A stretch of DNA of 43,180 bases from a virus. Taxonomy: Duplodnaviria > Caudoviricetes. Positions 39,097 through 43,180 of this stretch are shown one piece after another (within the stretch, counting starts at the first letter, position 1; each line of letters starts with the position of its first letter). The position numbers and the translations under genes are program-made. Where the stretch lies: the IMG/VR virus record IMGVR_UViG_3300002092_000076, positions 1 to 43,180 of that record; one strand, given 5' to 3'. Under the pieces are notes generated by a model. The model searched no databases and was not told the origin of the DNA. It saw only the letters and a program-made list of their open reading frames with translations.

Positions 39097-40497
39097 ATGG
39101 CCAACGTCACCAAGACCGTCTCCTTCAAGGTAGACCCGGCGCTAGTTCACCGGGCGATCCCTGGCGAGCACCGCGAGGACCGCGAGCCGGGTAACCCGAA
39201 GTACGACCGCATCATGGCGAAGTCGAAGCGCCGGGGTTTCAAGCCGAAGACGATCACCATCGACGTAAACGGTCAGGGGCAGGCGCACATCGCCGACGGC
39301 AACACTCACGCCGCCGTGGGCGCGGCGCTGGGCGTCAAGAAGATGAAAGCCCAAATCCGCTACCACGACGGCAGCGAGAATCTGCTCTCAGCCAAGAAGC
39401 TGAAGAAAAAGCTGGCCGTGCGGCACATGGCTGAAGGCGGCTCGGTCGACGGCGGCGATGACGGTGACGACACGACCACGGTTGATCCGCTCGTGGTGGT
39501 CGGCCCCAAGCGCGGGTTCTGGCAGCGCCAACTGGACACGCTGCAGGCGGCGGTGGGCGACCCCGGCGCGTTCGCGAAGGGCGTAGCCGCCATCCCCGGC
39601 GACGTGGGCAGTTACCTCTCGTCTCACACGCCGGGACAGATGGCTGGCGACGTTGGGCGGTTCGGCGCGAGCGTCGTGCAGGGCGCTATTGAGCACCCAA
39701 TTCAGACCCTCGCGTCTGCCATACCGGGCGTCGGCTCGGTGATGTCGGCGTCTGACGCCGCACATATGCGCCAAGCCGCAGCCCAGGCTCGGGCTCAAGG
39801 CGACCCCGGCACCGCGCAGAAGTACGAGCAGATGGCCGCAGTGGCCGGAACGGGCGTCCTGGCAGGGCTGCTGCCGTTCGGAGGCGAGGCGGCCAAGGCC
39901 CTGGAGGGCGGCGTAGCCAGAGAGGCGGCGCAGGGCGCGGAACTCGCGGCGAAGTATGGTCTGCCGGAGTTCATGGCCAATCTGACGCCCGCGCAGATCG
40001 AGGCGAACCGGGCGTCGTTCTTGGAAGGCAATCACCCTGACGTGCCGGACGTTGTGTATCACGGAACCAGCGAGGACATCCCGAGCTTCGTGCTCGGACA
40101 CCCGACACAGAATGATAAGGGGTGGCTGGGAAAAGGCATCTACACGGCCCCTGACGCTCTCCTTGCAGCCCTCTACGCAAGCAAGAAAGCCGGAAGCGCC
40201 GCGCCAAATATAATGCCGCTGCATCCCAGCCTGAAAAATCCGTATATGGCAACCGCTTCGGATAGGGAGGCCCTGCGGTATGCCGATGATGACACGCTCC
40301 GCGAGTTCACGGATCAGCTTAAGAACGCCGGACACGACGGGGTAGTTTTCACTCATCCAAACGGGTCGAAAGAGTTTGCTGTTTTCAGCCCCGCGCAACT
40401 CAAGTCCACCATGAACCGTGGCACTTTCGATCCGAACGACCCGCACTTGAACAAGGCGCGCGGCGGTCTGGTCGAGAAGTACGGGCTGGCCACCTAG
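39097..40497 (+). CDS. Multidomain protein: ParB/Srx-like N-terminus and C-terminal ADP-ribosyltransferase (ART-PolyVal-like)
   Basis: HIADGNTH..V...LG; VYHGT...GWLGKGIYT...A.LYA...LKNPY...GHDGV...EFAVFSPAQLKS. Confidence 0.72.
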   Translation: MANVTKTVSFKVDPALVHRAIPGEHREDREPGNPKYDRIMAKSKRRGFKPKTITIDVNGQGQAHIADGNTHAAVGAALGVKKMKAQIRYHDGSENLLSAKKLKKKLAVRHMAEGGSVDGGDDGDDTTTVDPLVVVGPKRGFWQRQLDTLQAAVGDPGAFAKGVAAIPGDVGSYLSSHTPGQMAGDVGRFGASVVQGAIEHPIQTLASAIPGVGSVMSASDAAHMRQAAAQARAQGDPGTAQKYEQMAAVAGTGVLAGLLPFGGEAAKALEGGVAREAAQGAELAAKYGLPEFMANLTPAQIEANRASFLEGNHPDVPDVVYHGTSEDIPSFVLGHPTQNDKGWLGKGIYTAPDALLAALYASKKAGSAAPNIMPLHPSLKNPYMATASDREALRYADDDTLREFTDQLKNAGHDGVVFTHPNGSKEFAVFSPAQLKSTMNRGTFDPNDPHLNKARGGLVEKYGLAT

Positions 40498-40683
40498 ATG
40501 GAGCCGACCCCGATTGAAAGATGGGCTGTCGTAGCCCTGTCGCCGTACTGGCGTCAGCTAGAGCAGGCATACATCGCCAAGCGAATGGCGTGGTGCGAGT
40601 TCATAGGGAACCCGATTGTGAAGCGCCCCACGGAGCGCCCTGCGCCAGGGACGATCGAACGATCGGATGGCGACGACGGCTAA
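40498..40683 (+). CDS. Hypothetical protein (61 aa)
   Basis: ORF track; starts directly after the previous stop. Confidence 0.5.
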   Translation: MEPTPIERWAVVALSPYWRQLEQAYIAKRMAWCEFIGNPIVKRPTERPAPGTIERSDGDDG

Positions 40684-40719
40684 AGGTTCAACGAAGCGGT
40701 TGGGCGCTTCAAGAGGAGC

Positions 40720-41796
40720 GTGCGCGTGGTTTACAAATCAGGGCAGTCCTATCGGCTGACGCCGAAGATACTGAAGGACACCGTCAAAGCGTTCGCGGAC
40801 AACGGCGGAAATGTGAGCCGAACTGCCAAGCAGTTGGACCTCACCCCCCGCACGCTTCGCCATCGCCTCGAAAAAGCTGAGAAAGCAGGGCTAATGGAGC
40901 CCAGAAACGCTACGCCGGTGCCCGCGCGCTGGCGTCCCGGAGCCGAGATCGTAGCCGCCCGCAAGGCTGAGTTCGAGCGCGTCAAGAGCGCCAGCCCGTC
41001 CCGCCTGTCCGTCATACATCGGCCCGACAACGGGCCTTTCGTGATCGTGCTGTTAGGCGACGAGCATCTCGATAGTCCGGGAACAAGCCTCGAACTCTTC
41101 GAGCACTGGATCGGCTACCTGGATCGGAGCAAGCACATCACCGGCTGGTCGCTGGGCGACATGCTCGACAACTGGGCCAAGCCGCTGGCGCACCTCTACG
41201 GGGCGTCCGAGACACCGGCCCCCGAAGGCTGGATTCTGCTCCAGCACTACATGGACCAGATCGGCGATCACCTGGACGCCTCCATCGGCGGCAATCACGA
41301 CAAGTGGTCCGGCTCGTCAGACCTGCTGGCGATGATCATGAACGAGCATGGCGTCCTGCACCGCAACGACAGCCTGCGCGTGGCGTACCGCTGCCCCAAT
41401 GGCCGGGAGGTCACGATCCACGCCCGGCACTCCTGGCCCGGTCGCTCTATGTGGAACGAGGTCCACGCCCTGAAGCGCGCCGCCCGCATGGGTGTGCGCG
41501 ACACCATCCTGGCGGGCGGACACACGCACGTCTCCGGCGACAGCACGGAACGCGACCCCATGACGGGGCGCATGACGTTCTGCTATCAGGTCGCCAGCTT
41601 CAAGATCATCGACGACTACGCCGACACCCTGGGCTTCCTTGACCGCCACATCTCGCCTGCGGTGGCGCTGGTCATCGACCCGCGCCGCGAAGACACGGAC
41701 CCGGAACTCGTCAAACACTTCTACGATCCGGCTTTTGCGGCGGAGTATCTGGCGTTCTTGCGGCGTAAGCCGAAGGCGCGGCCTACTTCCGCGTAA
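40720..41796 (+). CDS. HTH + calcineurin-like metallophosphoesterase
   Basis: GNVSRTAKQLDLTPRTLRHRL (Fis-type HTH); GDEH, GDMLD, GNHD, H..H and GHTH motifs; GAGGAG RBS. Confidence 0.85.
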   Translation: MRVVYKSGQSYRLTPKILKDTVKAFADNGGNVSRTAKQLDLTPRTLRHRLEKAEKAGLMEPRNATPVPARWRPGAEIVAARKAEFERVKSASPSRLSVIHRPDNGPFVIVLLGDEHLDSPGTSLELFEHWIGYLDRSKHITGWSLGDMLDNWAKPLAHLYGASETPAPEGWILLQHYMDQIGDHLDASIGGNHDKWSGSSDLLAMIMNEHGVLHRNDSLRVAYRCPNGREVTIHARHSWPGRSMWNEVHALKRAARMGVRDTILAGGHTHVSGDSTERDPMTGRMTFCYQVASFKIIDDYADTLGFLDRHISPAVALVIDPRREDTDPELVKHFYDPAFAAEYLAFLRRKPKARPTSA

Positions 41797-41899
41797 GTAG
41801 GAAAACTACGAACGCGACACCGAATACGAGAGTCCATATCAAGATGGACCCTATCGCGGCGATGAGAAGGCCGTGGCCTATGGACAGTAGGTGCTTCAT
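41783..41899 (-). CDS. Small membrane protein (38 aa)
   Basis: Manual translation MKHLLSIGHGLLIAAIGSILIWTLVFGVAFVVFLLTRK; GGAGGAG RBS; ATGA coupling. Confidence 0.55.
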   Translation of the reverse strand: MKHLLSIGHGLLIAAIGSILIWTLVFGVAFVVFLLTRK

Positions 41900-42051
41900 T
41901 TCTCCTCCCAAGAGAACTTCCGAAGAAGCGTATCCGCCTTCGACCGCATCTGGGCGTACTTGATGAGGGCCGTCCGGTTACGCGCCTCGGGGTTCCGGGG
42001 CTTTGTCATATCGGGCAGCTGGATGAACGTCGGCTTAAGTGGGTAATTCAT
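41896..42051 (-). CDS. Hypothetical protein (51 aa)
   Basis: Manual translation MNYPLKPTFIQLPDMTKPRNPEARNRTALIKYAQMRSKADTLLRKFSWEEK; ATGA overlaps at both ends. Confidence 0.55.
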   Translation of the reverse strand: MNYPLKPTFIQLPDMTKPRNPEARNRTALIKYAQMRSKADTLLRKFSWEEK

Positions 42052-43180
42052 CGCTCTCTCCTTTTCATGGCTTCCAGAAGGATTTCCTGAACCGATCGCT
42101 TGGACCGGAGGCGCTCCAGGACCATGTCATCGACGGTGTTGCGCGCCATGATGTGATGGATGAAGACCGGGCGGTCCAAGCCTTCCTGCTTCTGCCGCAT
42201 CGGGCCTACCCGCTCGATGATTTGCATGTAGTTCTCCAGCGACCAGTTCAAGCTGAAGAAGGCAAGGATGTTGCCGCCCTTGGCGAGGTTCAGGCCGTGC
42301 CCTGCCGATGCAGGGTGAGCGAGTAGGATCGGTATCCGCCCTTCGTTCCACTCCCGGATCGTTGAAGGCTCACTATCCAGTGTCCTTGCTGAAGGGAAAG
42401 CAGCACGGAGCCGTTCGAGGTCACTTTTGAAATGATAGGCAACCAGGACCGACGCCCCGGACGCCTCCTCGATAACGCTCTCCAGAGCTTCGATCTTAGC
42501 GTCATGGACTTCCCTCCAATGCTGCTGGTCATCGACGTAGGCTGCGCCGTTGGCGATCTGCAGGAGCTTCATCGTCTTGGCGGCGGCGTTCAGCGCCTCG
42601 ATGCCGTGCTCCTCGATCTCAATGAACATCTCCCGTTCCATGTCGTCGTACAGGGTGCGGGCGTCCTTCGGCAGATTGACGTACAGGTTGTTGACTATGG
42701 GCTCCTCGACCGGCAGCCCTGTGACAGTCAGGCACACGTCACGCAGCCTGTCCTCGATCTCCCGCTGCGCCGACTGGGTGGGCTTCAGACTATAGCCGTC
42801 CCAGCCCTTGGTGAACCAGCGCGCCTCGAACGCCCCGAACGTGCGCCCTAGACGCTCGCCCTTGTCGATGAACCACGTCTGCCCCCACAGGTCGTTTAAA
42901 CCATTTGGTGACGGCGTGCCGGTCAGCAGGATGAAGCGGTCGATGTCGGTGTGCGCCACGCGCGACAGCGCCTTGGCCCGGCGCGACCCCTGCCGCAACC
43001 GGAAGCTCTTCAGGCGCGTGCTCTCGTCCGCCACGACGGTCTTGAACGGCCAGTTGTCGATGCACTCGCCGACCAGCCACTGCAGTTGCTCGTAGTTCGT
43101 CGTGTAGATATCGGCGGGGACGCGCAGGGCGCGCTCGCGCTCTTTGATGTTGCCGGTGACGACGCTGACGCGCAGGTGCT
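42048..43180 (-). CDS. SNF2-family (SF2) helicase, 5'-truncated by the window
   Basis: Frame stays open to the window end (..TTNYEQL..VVADEST); LTGTP.PN, SAGHGLNL and Q..ER motifs. Confidence 0.92.
   Translation of the reverse strand, partial: HLRVSVVTGNIKERERALRVPADIYTTNYEQLQWLVGECIDNWPFKTVVADESTRLKSFRLRQGSRRAKALSRVAHTDIDRFILLTGTPSPNGLNDLWGQTWFIDKGERLGRTFGAFEARWFTKGWDGYSLKPTQSAQREIEDRLRDVCLTVTGLPVEEPIVNNLYVNLPKDARTLYDDMEREMFIEIEEHGIEALNAAAKTMKLLQIANGAAYVDDQQHWREVHDAKIEALESVIEEASGASVLVAYHFKSDLERLRAAFPSARTLDSEPSTIREWNEGRIPILLAHPASAGHGLNLAKGGNILAFFSLNWSLENYMQIIERVGPMRQKQEGLDRPVFIHHIMARNTVDDMVLERLRSKRSVQEILLEAMKRRER

Overview
This is about 43 kb of a GC-rich tailed dsDNA phage genome. It has a podovirus-like layout: portal, scaffold, capsid, adaptor/nozzle and ejection proteins, with no tape measure, sheath or integrase seen. 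An alphaproteobacterial host (Caulobacter-like) is an inference from promoter style and TonB-box-like peptides. Bases 1-6050 carry mostly leftward early genes (pentapeptide-repeat protein, UvrD-like helicase, SprT-like protease, small hypotheticals). These are interrupted by an iteron-like array, an AP2 gene and terS. A non-coding control/packaging region follows. Bases 6799-41796 are the rightward packaging, head, tail, lysis and ejection module, and a leftward SNF2 helicase runs off the end. The most interesting signals are: (1) three covarying copies of a structured RNA hairpin in early leaders; (2) a shared 16-aa N-terminal leader ending in GG, plus a recurring basic xxGG motif, across putative internal virion proteins; (3) TonB-box-like peptides in ejection proteins, one of them in an ADP-ribosyltransferase polyprotein; (4) a methyltransferase-glycosyltransferase-TPR gene beside a Thr-rich collagen fibre; (5) a strand-polar over-represented octamer, GTTTACAC. 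All family and DUF names are recalled from motifs, not from database searches, and all counts are manual.
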